DNA of 64,000 nt from Methanobrevibacter sp. (GTDB lineage Archaea; Methanobacteriota; Methanobacteria; Methanobacteriales; Methanobacteriaceae): the NCBI GenBank assembly GCA_022775905.1, contig JALFJX010000037.1, positions 83 to 64,082 of the forward strand, written 5' to 3'. The notes below the pieces were generated by a model. It was not told the DNA's origin. It saw only the letters and a list, made by a program, of their open reading frames with translations, and searched no databases. The position numbers and the translations under genes were made by a program. Within the stretch, counting starts at the first letter, position 1, and each line of letters starts with the position of its first letter. Positions 1 to 9,908 of the stretch are shown here, piece after piece.

Positions 1-336
1 TTTGAAACCAAAATCGAAAAAACGATTTTGAAAATCAACAAAGTTTTTGAAAGAGTCTAATGGGCTTATTCGAAGTGCTCCAAAAATTTTATAATTGTCA
101 AAAAATAAATTTTTTATCAGAGTTTAGTAGTTCAAATCGATAAGGTTGCGAACTATATCATACGTTTTATACGAATTGTTTTAAAGTTCGTAACCTCTTG
201 CCTGCATAATACTCGATGTTAATGTTGAGAAATTCAATAGCTACTTTTTTTGTTTTCATTTCCTTAGATGATATTGACTTAACGGCAGTGATTTTGGAAA
301 TCAAATATGATTTTGGACTGAGATATATGAAGCGTT

Positions 337-837
337 TCAGAATGTGAGTTTTGAATAGCTAATGGCATCTGTCTTTCTTTTTGCAGTTTTTGTTATTTCT
401 TCATGATAGAAATAATTTACAACAATTGGAGGTTCATCAAAAGGTTGTATGATAGAGTCATTATCCCTAAGATACAGCAATCCTTGATTTTCGCAGTATT
501 CCTTAATTTCATTATTCAGGCTCTTCCAATAGCTCCTATCTTTTTTATTATATGTCAAATCATATAATGGAAATAAATCAGGGTACTTTTCTTTAATATA
601 ATTTAAGATGGTTGATTTATACTCGCCCCTCAAGTTTAAATTTTCAAGCCAAATCAAATTGCAATAATCTTTTGTCTTGTTAATAATGGATGGAACATTG
701 GTAATTTCGGGAATCGCAATAATTTTAATATTTATATCAAACTTATATGCATTCCTAATTTGAATCTTGATTATAACTGTTGGCAGTTTTGAAATTTTAG
801 TAATGAAATATAAAAAATATTTAAGTGAATGAAAGAT
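337..837 (-). pseudogene. 5'-truncated gene remnant (C-terminal ~165 codons only; possibly radical-SAM/SplB-like C-terminus)
   Basis: The frame is open from 837 down to the stop at 337 but has no ATG. The ORF-track piece 337..657 begins at a TTG. The frame is closed by TAA at 838-840, about 30 nt from the phoU stop, so the N-terminal majority of any parent gene is missing. The family guess rests only on my memory of similar ...KEKYPDLFPLY... tails and is weak. Confidence 0.3.
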
Positions 838-869
838 TTATACTCACTAGAAATAAAATTATTCAAAAT

Positions 870-1541
870 TCAATCATCAATACTTGGTCTTCTCAATGTT
901 AACATGAATATTGTTCTAGATCCTATGCTAACTGATTTATCTGCAATTCTCTCAAAGTATCTGGCCAGAAAAATAACATCAACAAAATAGGGAATCAACT
1001 CATTATTTTTAATCATATTTTCGGTAACTTCATTTAAAATTGAGTCATACATCTCATCGATTCTATCATCATCAATAGGTAATTCTTTTGCTTTATCCAA
1101 ATCCTGATTTGAAAATACAAAGAACGATTTTTTTAATATAATCAAGGTATAATCTCCCATATACTCCAATTCTTTAAGAATTTTTTCAGGAATGTCTGCA
1201 CATTGAATGTTTTTAATTAATTTAGCAATTTTTAAACATATATGAGAAATTCTTTTAAAATGGCTTATTACCCGAAGTGTTGATTCGATAAACATCAAAT
1301 CCTTAGCTAAGGGCTGTTCTGTAGCCATGAATTTAATACATTCTCTTTCTAAATCAATTGTTTTAATATCTATTGTAGTAGAACATTCTTCAATATTTTC
1401 AAAATCTGTTTCATCATAGTTTTCAAGCAATCTGACAACAGTTCCAGTTAATTTAATGGTTAAATTTCCTAATTCTTCATAACCTTCTTTAATATTGTTA
1501 ATTCTATTTTGAAATGTGATGCTTGGAGATTTTTCATTCAT
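870..1541 (-). CDS. phoU: phosphate transport system regulatory protein PhoU
   Basis: 223-aa helical two-repeat protein with C-terminal PhoU repeat motif FERIADKSVSIGSR. It lies directly after pstB in the canonical pstSCAB-phoU order. A G-rich RBS (GGGGG) sits a few nt upstream of ATG 1541. Confidence 0.9.
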   Translation of the reverse strand: MNEKSPSITFQNRINNIKEGYEELGNLTIKLTGTVVRLLENYDETDFENIEECSTTIDIKTIDLERECIKFMATEQPLAKDLMFIESTLRVISHFKRISHICLKIAKLIKNIQCADIPEKILKELEYMGDYTLIILKKSFFVFSNQDLDKAKELPIDDDRIDEMYDSILNEVTENMIKNNELIPYFVDVIFLARYFERIADKSVSIGSRTIFMLTLRRPSIDD

Positions 1542-1566
1542 TATTATACCCCCTTAATTTAATTTA

Positions 1567-2319
1567 TTATCCGAACCTTCCGGTTATATATTCTTCTGTT
1601 TTTTGTTCTTTTGGACTTACAAATATCTGTTCTGTCCTTCCACTTTCAATAATCTCTCCATTTAAGAAAAAGGAAGTGTAATCTGAAACTCTTGATGCCT
1701 GTTGCATATTATGCGTTACAATAATGATTGTGTAACCTTTTTTAAGTTCATGAATCAAATCCTCAATTTTTAATGTTGAAATTGGATCTAGAGCAGAACA
1801 GGGTTCATCCATTAAAATAACTTCAGGATTATTGGCTATCGTCCTTGCAATACATAATCTTTGTTGTTGACCTCCAGATAATCCCATTGCGGATTTATCA
1901 AGTTTATCTTTAACTTCATCCCAAATTGCTGCTGATTTTAAACTTTCCTCAACTCTTTGTTTTATAAAATCTTCATCTTCTTCTCCATGAATTCTTAAAC
2001 CATAAGCTACATTTTCAAAAATGGATTTTGGAAAAGGATTGGGTTTTTGAAAAACCATTCCTACTTTTCTTCTCAAATCCACAACATCCATTTCAGGAGC
2101 ATAAACATCTTCATCATCAAGAAGGAGAGTTCCATCACATTTAAATGCTGGTATTAAATCATTCATCCTATTAATTGACCTTAAAAAAGTTGATTTGCCA
2201 CAACCTGATGGACCGATTAATGCAGTGACTGTGTTTTCAGCTACTTTAAAATTTATGTCTTTAAGAATATGAGCATCTCCGAAATAAGTATTTAAATGCT
2301 CAACAGTAATTTTTTCCAT
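1567..2319 (-). CDS. pstB: phosphate ABC transporter ATP-binding protein PstB
   Basis: Walker [13 protein letters not shown] signature LSGGQQQRL, Walker [15 protein letters not shown]-loop VTHNM and PstB-type C-terminus [17 protein letters not shown] upstream. Confidence 0.95.
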   Translation of the reverse strand: MEKITVEHLNTYFGDAHILKDINFKVAENTVTALIGPSGCGKSTFLRSINRMNDLIPAFKCDGTLLLDDEDVYAPEMDVVDLRRKVGMVFQKPNPFPKSIFENVAYGLRIHGEEDEDFIKQRVEESLKSAAIWDEVKDKLDKSAMGLSGGQQQRLCIARTIANNPEVILMDEPCSALDPISTLKIEDLIHELKKGYTIIIVTHNMQQASRVSDYTSFFLNGEIIESGRTEQIFVSPKEQKTEEYITGRFG

Positions 2320-2340
2320 AATTAAATCTCCTTACTTTAT

Positions 2341-3192
2341 TTATTTTCCCATCATTTTATTTTGATATCTTTCTGTGAAATAATTAGTTAAAAATGTAAT
2401 AATCAATACAATAATCACTAGAACGGCTGCAGTTCCAAAGGCATTAGGTAAAGAAATGCCTTCAGTTGCTAAAATATACAAATGAAGCGGCAATGGCCTA
2501 CCCGGATCGAGTATTGAAATTGGCATGGTAATGGATGAGCCTACAGCATACATTACAGCGGCTGCTTCAGAAATTGCTCTTGTCATTCCCAATATAATTC
2601 CAGTGACAATTCCGGAAAGTGCTGCAGGCAGGACAACTTTATAAATGGTCTGCCATTTTGTAGCGCCCAATCCATAACTTCCTTCTGTATATATGCTTGG
2701 CACTGAGCGTATAGATACTTCTGAAACTTGAAATATTGTTGGAATCCCCATAATAGCTAAAACTAAACTGGCTGAAAATATGGACCATCCCAAATTTAAA
2801 AATATGACAAAAAAAGATAATCCAAACAAACCATACACTATTGAAGGAATTGAAGCTAATATTTCGGCTCCAAAACGTATTATCCTAGTTAATTTTCCAT
2901 CATTTGCATATTCCACCATATAAATAGCAGCACCTACTCCCAATGGAGTGGATATTAAAACTGAAAGCAAAGTTACATATAAACTTGATACGATTATTGG
3001 AAATATCCCGCCTGATGCACCCTGATTTTCAACTTGACCGAAAATAAATTCTAAATTTATTACCGGAAGGCCCTTAATTAAAATATATGCTAAAATAATT
3101 ACCAGAATTGTTAATGTAATAATTCCTGAAAGTAGAAATATTGAATTCATTATTTTTTGAGAAATTTTTGCAGATATAAAATTAAAATTCAT
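2341..3192 (-). CDS. pstA: phosphate ABC transporter permease PstA
   Basis: 283-aa polytopic membrane protein with permease EAA-type loop [25 protein letters not shown]. It sits between pstC and pstB. GGAGG RBS upstream. Confidence 0.9.
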   Translation of the reverse strand: MNFNFISAKISQKIMNSIFLLSGIITLTILVIILAYILIKGLPVINLEFIFGQVENQGASGGIFPIIVSSLYVTLLSVLISTPLGVGAAIYMVEYANDGKLTRIIRFGAEILASIPSIVYGLFGLSFFVIFLNLGWSIFSASLVLAIMGIPTIFQVSEVSIRSVPSIYTEGSYGLGATKWQTIYKVVLPAALSGIVTGIILGMTRAISEAAAVMYAVGSSITMPISILDPGRPLPLHLYILATEGISLPNAFGTAAVLVIIVLIITFLTNYFTERYQNKMMGK

Positions 3193-3213
3193 TTTTCATA
3201 CCTCCTTTTGTAT

Positions 3214-4089
3214 TCATAATGTTCCTCCACCAATATCCATACTGTATTTCCTTTGAATATGATTTGCAATAATTAACAATGAAATAATTACTATAAACAG
3301 CACGACTGCAGTAGCAAATAAAGCATTATAATGAATGCCGATTGCATAATTCATTTCCAATGCGATATTTGAGGTCAAAGTTCTAGCAGGACTTAAAATC
3401 GATGCTGGTATTTTTGCAACATTGCCTATGACCATTAGTACAGCCAATGTTTCACCCACAGCCCTGCCCATTCCTAAAATAATTGAGGTAATAATGCCCG
3501 GCAGTGCTGATGGAAAAACAACTCTACGAATTGTTTGCCAGTTTGTTGCTCCTAAACCTAAAGATGCTTCTTTGTAGTCCTGCGGAACTGCTCTTAATGA
3601 ATCATAAGAAACCGAAATTATAGTCGGCAAAATCATGATGGACAATATGATTGCTGCAGTAAGTATGCCGAAGCCAGTTCCCCCAAATTGAGATCTTATA
3701 AATGGGACTAATAAAATTAGACCAAAAAATCCATAAACAACAGAAGGGATTCCAGATAATGTTTGAATAACGGGTTTTAAAAACTTTCTAACTTTACTGC
3801 TTGCAACTTCTGCCATAAATATTGCGCATGAAAGAGATAAAGGAACTGACATTAAAAGTGCAATGAATGTAACATATAATGATCCAATTATCATTGCAAA
3901 AACACCAAATTGCCCTTCATTTGGCGCCCAGATATTTCCAAATAAAAATTGGGCGATTCCATATTCCTGTATTGCAGGGAAAGCCTCGATAAATATAAAA
4001 CTTATTATAAGTAAAATCACCAAACAAGAGAATAATGCAATAATAAACAATGATTTCTCTATTATTGTTTCAGATGTAAGTTTAGACAT
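3214..4089 (-). CDS. pstC: phosphate ABC transporter permease PstC
   Basis: Polytopic membrane protein with EAA-type loop [23 protein letters not shown] moved the start to ATG 4089 (MSKLTSE...), which has GGAGGG about 7 nt upstream. The track start at 4143 adds 18 unlikely residues. Confidence 0.9.
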   Translation of the reverse strand: MSKLTSETIIEKSLFIIALFSCLVILLIISFIFIEAFPAIQEYGIAQFLFGNIWAPNEGQFGVFAMIIGSLYVTFIALLMSVPLSLSCAIFMAEVASSKVRKFLKPVIQTLSGIPSVVYGFFGLILLVPFIRSQFGGTGFGILTAAIILSIMILPTIISVSYDSLRAVPQDYKEASLGLGATNWQTIRRVVFPSALPGIITSIILGMGRAVGETLAVLMVIGNVAKIPASILSPARTLTSNIALEMNYAIGIHYNALFATAVVLFIVIISLLIIANHIQRKYSMDIGGGTL

Positions 4090-4185
4090 GTTAAATCCCT
4101 CCAGTATAAAAAAATTAAGAATAAAAAAATATAATGAAAACATTAGTTATCATATTTATTTTTTAAATTCCTGTTGTCGGGTTAT

Positions 4186-5001
4186 TTATTTTGATTTGAT
4201 AATTTTTTCTCCTTTTAAAACATTATCTGCTTCAGTGCTATTTATCCAGTCGATAAAGTCTTTTAAATCACCTGATGGTTCTCCTTTAACAAGGAATAAA
4301 AATGGTCTTTTTAATTCATAAGAACCGTCTGCGATACTTTCAGTGCTTGGAGCTACTCCTTCGATACTTAAAGATTTCACATCATCAGACATGTGTGCGA
4401 ATGAAATAAAACCAATAGCGTTTTCATCTTGTTTGACAGATTGTTTTACAGCTTCAGTTGAACTTTGAACAATGGCATCACTTTTGATTTTTGTATTTCC
4501 CATTACAATACTTTTAAATGCATCTAAAGTACCTGATCCCTCTTCACGGACTATAACATGGATTTTACCATCATTTCCACCAACTTCTTTCCAGTTGGTG
4601 ATTTTTCCGGAAAATATGTCTTTTAATTGGGTACTAGTTAAATCTGATACATCATTATTTCTGTTAACAGCTAATACAATTCCATCCTGACCAAGTTCAT
4701 ATTCTTTTAATCCTTCTTTTTCATTATCGTCCAATTCTTTTGAACTTGTACCAATTTCTGCACTTCCTTCATGGACACTTTTAATGCCTACGCTAGATCC
4801 TCCACCTTGAACATTAATGTTTGCATTGGGGTGAGTAATTTTATATTCTTCTACTAGTTTTTCAGCTACCGGTTGTACAGATGTGGAACCTACTATATCA
4901 ATTCTTTCGGAGCTTCCAAATCCTGAAAATAGTAAAATTCCACTCATAATGATTAACACGGTTGCAATAACAATAACTGCAATTCTATGGTTCTTTTTCA
5001 T
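4186..5001 (-). CDS. pstS: phosphate-binding protein PstS (N-terminally membrane-anchored)
   Basis: N-terminal TM helix without a lipobox Cys, followed by PstS/PBP motifs [17 protein letters not shown] and REEGSGT. First gene of the operon. Confidence 0.9.
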   Translation of the reverse strand: MKKNHRIAVIVIATVLIIMSGILLFSGFGSSERIDIVGSTSVQPVAEKLVEEYKITHPNANINVQGGGSSVGIKSVHEGSAEIGTSSKELDDNEKEGLKEYELGQDGIVLAVNRNNDVSDLTSTQLKDIFSGKITNWKEVGGNDGKIHVIVREEGSGTLDAFKSIVMGNTKIKSDAIVQSSTEAVKQSVKQDENAIGFISFAHMSDDVKSLSIEGVAPSTESIADGSYELKRPFLFLVKGEPSGDLKDFIDWINSTEADNVLKGEKIIKSK

Positions 5002-5095
5002 TTATTTTGCCTCTTTGTAATTGATTAAATGTAGGATCTGATTTTCTCCTACAATTTGAAAGTCTTTTTTTACATTATTTAAGTGTTACTATTTA

Positions 5096-5122
5096 GTGAA
5101 ATAAAATTCACATAATGTGAAT
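5096..5122. promoter_or_regulatory. overlapping palindromes GTGAA-N6-TTCAC-N5-GTGAA upstream of pstS (candidate operator)
   Basis: Read directly: GTGAAATAAAATTCACATAATGTGAAT, 95-121 nt upstream of the pstS ATG. A closely related 16-mer occurs upstream of the HTH-PhoU gene (7367-7382). Confidence 0.35.
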
Positions 5123-5478
5123 AATAAATGATGGGGCATGTAATAAAAAAATAAAAAAATACCTAAAAAATGAACAGATTTTTTGCTGAAGAAAAAATAA
5201 GCATCATTTGAAAAGTAACTTCGCGGTAATTTTCTTTTTTCCAAAATTAACATGATTTGTAATTTATCAATTGTATACTCAACATGAATGTGAACATTAA
5301 ATTTCCCAGGTATTCTGCGATATTAATTAACCTGAACAATTTCAGCTTATGATGGATGACTCCTCAATGCTAACAGCAAAATGGATGATGATACCAAACA
5401 TCACAATCCAAAGCCAATTGAGTTTTAGAGTTGTTTTCATATATTAAAAATGAATGCCAGACTGAAACACACCGCTCA

Positions 5479-5943
5479 CTAAAATAACATATCTACCATT
5501 GCATATCCCATATAAGAAGATAAAATAACTAATATTGTAAATATAATCACGCGCAATCTGTCTTCTTTAAACTCAGTTTCATTTCCGATCAGGCCAATTC
5601 CAACATACCCTATAAAAACTGTACCTATTGATAAAATTTCAATTTGAGACACATAATATAAAACAAAATGTGAAGTAGGCATTGCGGGAAATGCTACAAT
5701 AATGCCTATTATAATAATAAAGATAATTGATGGAATTTTAATTGGTAATTTTCGTTCTAAAAAAACGCTTAAAAGGACAATAGATGATAAAATCACTATT
5801 CCAACTAAAGAATCTGATATGGGATGTTTATAACCCGCACAATTACCAATTACTGTGATAATTGAAAATATGGTTAAAAGCAAAATCCAATTTAAAATGC
5901 CCTCTGATGTCATTTCAGTTATTTCATCGATTAAATCAGACAT
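5479..5943 (-). CDS. small integral membrane protein (about 5 TM), unknown function
   Basis: 154-aa, strongly hydrophobic protein. The gene starts 10 nt downstream of the stop of the 306-aa membrane protein gene, so the two are probably co-transcribed. No family recognised. Confidence 0.6.
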   Translation of the reverse strand: MSDLIDEITEMTSEGILNWILLLTIFSIITVIGNCAGYKHPISDSLVGIVILSSIVLLSVFLERKLPIKIPSIIFIIIIGIIVAFPAMPTSHFVLYYVSQIEILSIGTVFIGYVGIGLIGNETEFKEDRLRVIIFTILVILSSYMGYAMVDMLF

Positions 5944-5953
5944 TCATTCTTCC

Positions 5954-6874
5954 TCATTTTTGGTTTATATCTTTTCTTCCGATTTTTGGTTCTAAAATTG
6001 TATATAATTTTTCAGTGAATGGCAGAGCCAAAAACATGACGATATATATTCCCACAGAAAAGGACAACAAATTACTGAATCCTGCAAATGCTTCAATTTG
6101 AGTTTCTAAACCTGGAAATGCCGCAAGTGTGGGTCCAAGAGAAGCAGCATTCATACTTGCACTGCCTACTCCACTTGCCATTGCAAATGCAAAAGGATGT
6201 AATGGTAGAATTGAAACACTAATACTTGTTAAAAAACTAATGAATACAGTTCCAATTATTGTTCCGACTATGAATAGTGCAAATATCCCTCTTGCTTCAG
6301 GAGAATTAAATCCATACTTGTCAACAACAACTGCAACTTCAGGTTCACGGCCAATGGAATTTGTCAAGCCAATTGATTCTCGTTTAAATCCTAAAAGTAA
6401 GGCTACAGGAAGTGCGATTAAAATTGTTGCAAGGTGCCCTAACTCCTGTAACATTAATGCAGGCCCCATTTCCAATAATAAATGTATTGATTGACCGCTG
6501 GATATTGCTAATTTTGCGATTAAAATTCCAATGAAAAGCATCATGGCACCTTCAGCAATTCTGGATTGTTTTCTTTGGATCCATTTTATTGGTTTTGCAA
6601 GGTAGAATATTAAGCCTAAAATCATTGTGTATAACAAGGGCATTACTGAAACTGTAACCCCTTTTGTAGGGGTTATTTCAATTGGACCGATATACATTGC
6701 AACAATTGTCAAAAAAAGCACAGTTAAATGTAGGCCATAATCTCGCCACGGATTTCTTTTTAAAACACGTTTATCTGTCTTTTCCCGGTAGGGATGTTGA
6801 ATTTTTCTTGAATTGTCTTTATTTATAATAGTGTCCACCTTCACTTTACACAACATGCTAATTAAAATAGTCAT
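5954..6874 (-). CDS. polytopic membrane protein, putative transporter (DUF3100-like by memory)
   Basis: 306-aa protein with multiple TM helices and the Gly/Ser-rich motif MASGVGSASMNAAS. The resemblance to DUF3100-type proteins is from recollection only. Confidence 0.6.
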   Translation of the reverse strand: MTILISMLCKVKVDTIINKDNSRKIQHPYREKTDKRVLKRNPWRDYGLHLTVLFLTIVAMYIGPIEITPTKGVTVSVMPLLYTMILGLIFYLAKPIKWIQRKQSRIAEGAMMLFIGILIAKLAISSGQSIHLLLEMGPALMLQELGHLATILIALPVALLLGFKRESIGLTNSIGREPEVAVVVDKYGFNSPEARGIFALFIVGTIIGTVFISFLTSISVSILPLHPFAFAMASGVGSASMNAASLGPTLAAFPGLETQIEAFAGFSNLLSFSVGIYIVMFLALPFTEKLYTILEPKIGRKDINQK

Positions 6875-7354
6875 TTAAAAAATAGGTATATAAATTAATA
6901 TCATTTAACTCTCAAAATTTCATAGAATATGAATTAAAAGCACCTATTTTATCCATATTAAGCAAGATAATTCAGATTTTGTGCATTAAAAATGAATTTT
7001 ATGATCAAATAGATTATGAATTGGATAAAATTAACTTCACTATGAGGTGGAAATTTCCTTTTGAATATTATATATTGTGATATAAATATTAAGTAATAGC
7101 AATTTTTTTTATCTTAACATTAATGGACGTTTTTGAATAGTGGTCTGATTTTAAACTAAGATATAATAAAGTATTTTTTTGAGAATGATTTTAAGGAGTA
7201 TTTGTGATGAATATTGCCTATGATTCTTCCTATTTCTTATTCAAGACATATTAAAACTCTTACATTTTTTTGTTTCATTTAAATATATTTTTCATTATTT
7301 TCTATTCTCATTATTGGAATTGTTAAATTTATTAATATTTTTTTCAATTAATTT

Positions 7355-7382
7355 GATTCACTTTTTATGAATGAAAATTCAC
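7355..7382. promoter_or_regulatory. ATTCAC x2 (21-bp spacing) including aTGAA-N6-TTCAC palindrome upstream of HTH-PhoU gene
   Basis: The sequence GATTCACTTTTTATGAATGAAAATTCAC is read directly. The 16-mer ATGAATGAAAATTCAC matches GTGAAATAAAATTCAC of the pstS upstream region in 13/16 positions and in geometry. Confidence 0.3.
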
Positions 7383-7587
7383 ATTTTAGCAAAGTTTAAA
7401 TAAGTCTAAAATCATTGTTTTAATTAAGGAATATGAAAATATTTGCATTCAAAAAATCTGGATTATCCTAAAGATGAATAATGCATATTAATTAAATTAA
7501 ATGAGGAATGGATATTGAGTATATAAAATACAGATAAAACAGTCACTGTTTATTTAATTTTTTATTTTAAATATTGGAGAGGATTTT

Positions 7588-8475
7588 ATGGCACGGAGTG
7601 ATAAAACATTAGAAGATATCTTGGATGTTATTTTTTATGATAAACCCTCTACTCAAGATGAAATTGCAGATAAATTAAGAATTAGCCGTAGATATGTTAC
7701 TCAGTTACTTAAACCATTGATTGAAGAAGACATTGTCAAAAGGGCATATGTCATTGATTTAAATAAATATGATGAAAAATATGGTTCTTCAAATCCAATT
7801 TTTAACATCAAACAGCATTCCGCCTTTTTCTTAATTGAAAACATGTTAGGCAGCATGAGCGGACATGTTAAGGAACAGGTCCAGATGTCTTTTGATGCTA
7901 TTTTAAATAATGATAAGAAATTAGCAGAAGAAGCTTTAAAATTAGATTTTACCACTAATAACATGTATGAAAAAGTTCGTTCCTCTGTTGAAACTGTTGT
8001 TGATGTTGATCCTCATTCCAAACTTTCTAAAATCTTGTTATTCAGCGAGGCAGCATACAATTACGAGCGCATTGGGGATTATTCAGGCCATATTGCTAAA
8101 TTTGTTATCAATGAGAAGTCCCCCGTTGATGATGAACTTTTAAAGATATTAAAAAAAATGCATAAATATTCACAAAGGTCTATTTCATATGCAACTGATG
8201 CTTTTATTAAAGGCAGTATAGAATTACGCGGAGATTTGATGGATACGGAAGAAAAAATTCATGAAACCCAACAGAAAGCCATGAATCTCATCGCTAATCA
8301 GATGGTTGAAACTTCTTTTGATGATGTTGAAATGTCGAATTATTATATTTACATATCTCGTGTGGTGAAATCATTCGAAAGAATGGGTGATATCTCAGTG
8401 GAAATTATGGATTTGGCTCTTGAATTCCATAAGGATATTCCAAGACCCACTACTCCACGTTCGTTTAGAGAATAA
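7588..8475 (+). CDS. HTH-PhoU fusion protein (putative phosphate-responsive transcription regulator)
   Basis: 295 aa. An N-terminal winged-helix-like segment (STQDEIADKLRISRRYVTQLLKPLIEEDIVKR) is fused to two PhoU repeats (ERIGDYSGHIAKF and ERMGDISVEIMD). GGAGAGG RBS upstream. Confidence 0.8.
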   Translation: MARSDKTLEDILDVIFYDKPSTQDEIADKLRISRRYVTQLLKPLIEEDIVKRAYVIDLNKYDEKYGSSNPIFNIKQHSAFFLIENMLGSMSGHVKEQVQMSFDAILNNDKKLAEEALKLDFTTNNMYEKVRSSVETVVDVDPHSKLSKILLFSEAAYNYERIGDYSGHIAKFVINEKSPVDDELLKILKKMHKYSQRSISYATDAFIKGSIELRGDLMDTEEKIHETQQKAMNLIANQMVETSFDDVEMSNYYIYISRVVKSFERMGDISVEIMDLALEFHKDIPRPTTPRSFRE

Positions 8476-8561
8476 TTTATTGAAGTTAAAGCAATATTAC
8501 AATATCAAAAATTGCATTAATTTTTAAATTTTCAACATTTCAAAAAAATTTAATTACAACA

Positions 8562-8880
8562 ATGAAAGTTGATGTGGTGATGGTAAAATGAGTATGAAAA
8601 ATTTATTTCATTGATCAGCTTGCAGAGGGTGCTGGTGTGATATTGGCTTCTCCGATTTACTTCGGACATTGACGGAAAAGCAGCAATCATAGATCATGCT
8701 TATCCTGATGAGGATATTTACAAACCACATGTTGAATTATTGGAAAACCAGCCATTTAAAATGAACACTGAATTGGAATTCATTGAATCATTAATAGCTC
8801 CTGGCGTTAAATTCATAGGTGATGTGGATGAACATGAGGAGTATCTTGAAAAGGCTTATGAAATAGGCCAGAAATTTTAA
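8562..8880 (+). pseudogene. remnant of a flavodoxin-fold flavoprotein (NAD(P)H-dependent FMN reductase / iron-sulfur flavoprotein type)
   Basis: MKVDVVMVK is followed by a stop. Next comes DQLAEGAGVILASPIYFGH with a stop at 8670-8672. In the +1 frame this continues as DIDGKAAIIDHAYPDEDIYKPHVELL...EKAYEIGQKF. The (A/L)SPIYFG motif is typical of this fold. About 50-60 codons between the N-terminus and this motif are missing. Confidence 0.55.
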
Positions 8881-8943
8881 ACCTAATTTAAACACAACCT
8901 ATATATAATATTTTTTAATATATTATATATAGGGAGTGTTAGA

Positions 8944-9207
8944 TTGGATGATGAAACATTAAAGAAATATGCTTATGTAAACATTTCAAGCTACAGAAAA
9001 AAAGCAGTAAAATCCTTGAATGATGATATGAAAATCCCAACACAGCTTGCAGCAGATACTGGAATTAGAAGAAACCATATCTCCAAAGTACTACGTGAAC
9101 TTAAGGAAAAGGGTGTTGTAGAATGCATCAACGAGGAAGCAAAAAGGGGAAGACTTTATCGTCTGACCAAAGTCGGTGAGGATATTGCCGATAAAATTGA
9201 TGATTGA
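8944..9207 (+). CDS. small winged-helix DNA-binding protein
   Basis: 87 aa with HTH core IPTQLAADTGIRRNHISKVLRELKEKGVVE and wing RGRLYRLTKVG. TTG start 5 nt after a GGGAG RBS. Confidence 0.7.
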   Translation: MDDETLKKYAYVNISSYRKKAVKSLNDDMKIPTQLAADTGIRRNHISKVLRELKEKGVVECINEEAKRGRLYRLTKVGEDIADKIDD

Positions 9208-9908
9208 AATTTCTATTTTTAAAAAGGTTTGATTGATTAATCTATGTTAAAATAAATATTGTTTTGATTACTTTTAATCAAATGAAAGTAAATAAAAAAT
9301 AATTTAATTAGTCAATGTCTTTATTGAAGAGAAGAATACTCTACAATATCCCAGTAAGACATGTTTCATCTGGAGATTATCCTAAGATAACTCTCTTGTA
9401 GGTTATTTTATGGAATGTCATATAATAAATATAATTATCTTTTATTTTAATTGAGCAATTGAATAATTTTTCTAGGCAAAAACCTCACAAAAAGGAGAAT
9501 TTTTAAAAATCCATCATTGAAAATAATAATGTTCAATTGCTCGAAAAGAGGTGAAATTTAAGTGTTATACTCCAGATATTATTCTAACAATTTGGAGTAT
9601 ATTAAAATAATATGTTCCAAATAGAGTATAAAGAACTCCAAAAATTCACCTCCAGAGGAAAAAATGAAGGAATGTTATAACATTTATTTGAATTGCAGAT
9701 TAAATAATTGACAATCAAAATCATGTGTATCAACTTCCATTGATTATTATTTTTGAGGTTTTTATAAGTTAACTATTCTTTGAATTGATATTTAAGGCTT
9801 GTTGAAGCTATTTTAAAAAATTGAAGTCCAAAAATCATATTATTTAAATTTTATACACAATATTAATATAATAACGAACAATACAATATTAATTAGATTG
9901 GTGGAATT

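Noticed and set aside
167-259. 31-codon minus-strand ORF (MKTKKVAIEFLNINIEYYAGKRLRTLKQFV) at the window edge
   Set aside because: It is short and no family is recognised. The surrounding sequence has stops in all frames.
3863-4321. 152-aa plus-strand ORF spanning the pstC/pstS junction
   Set aside because: It is antisense to two strongly supported genes and has an odd composition with no motif. Long shadow ORFs of this kind are typical of AT-rich genomes.
5342-5440. 32-codon hydrophobic minus-strand ORF (MKTTLKLNWLWIVMFGIIIHFAVSIEESSIIS) downstream of the 154-aa membrane protein gene
   Set aside because: It is too short, with no RBS evident, and it could arise by chance or be a relic.
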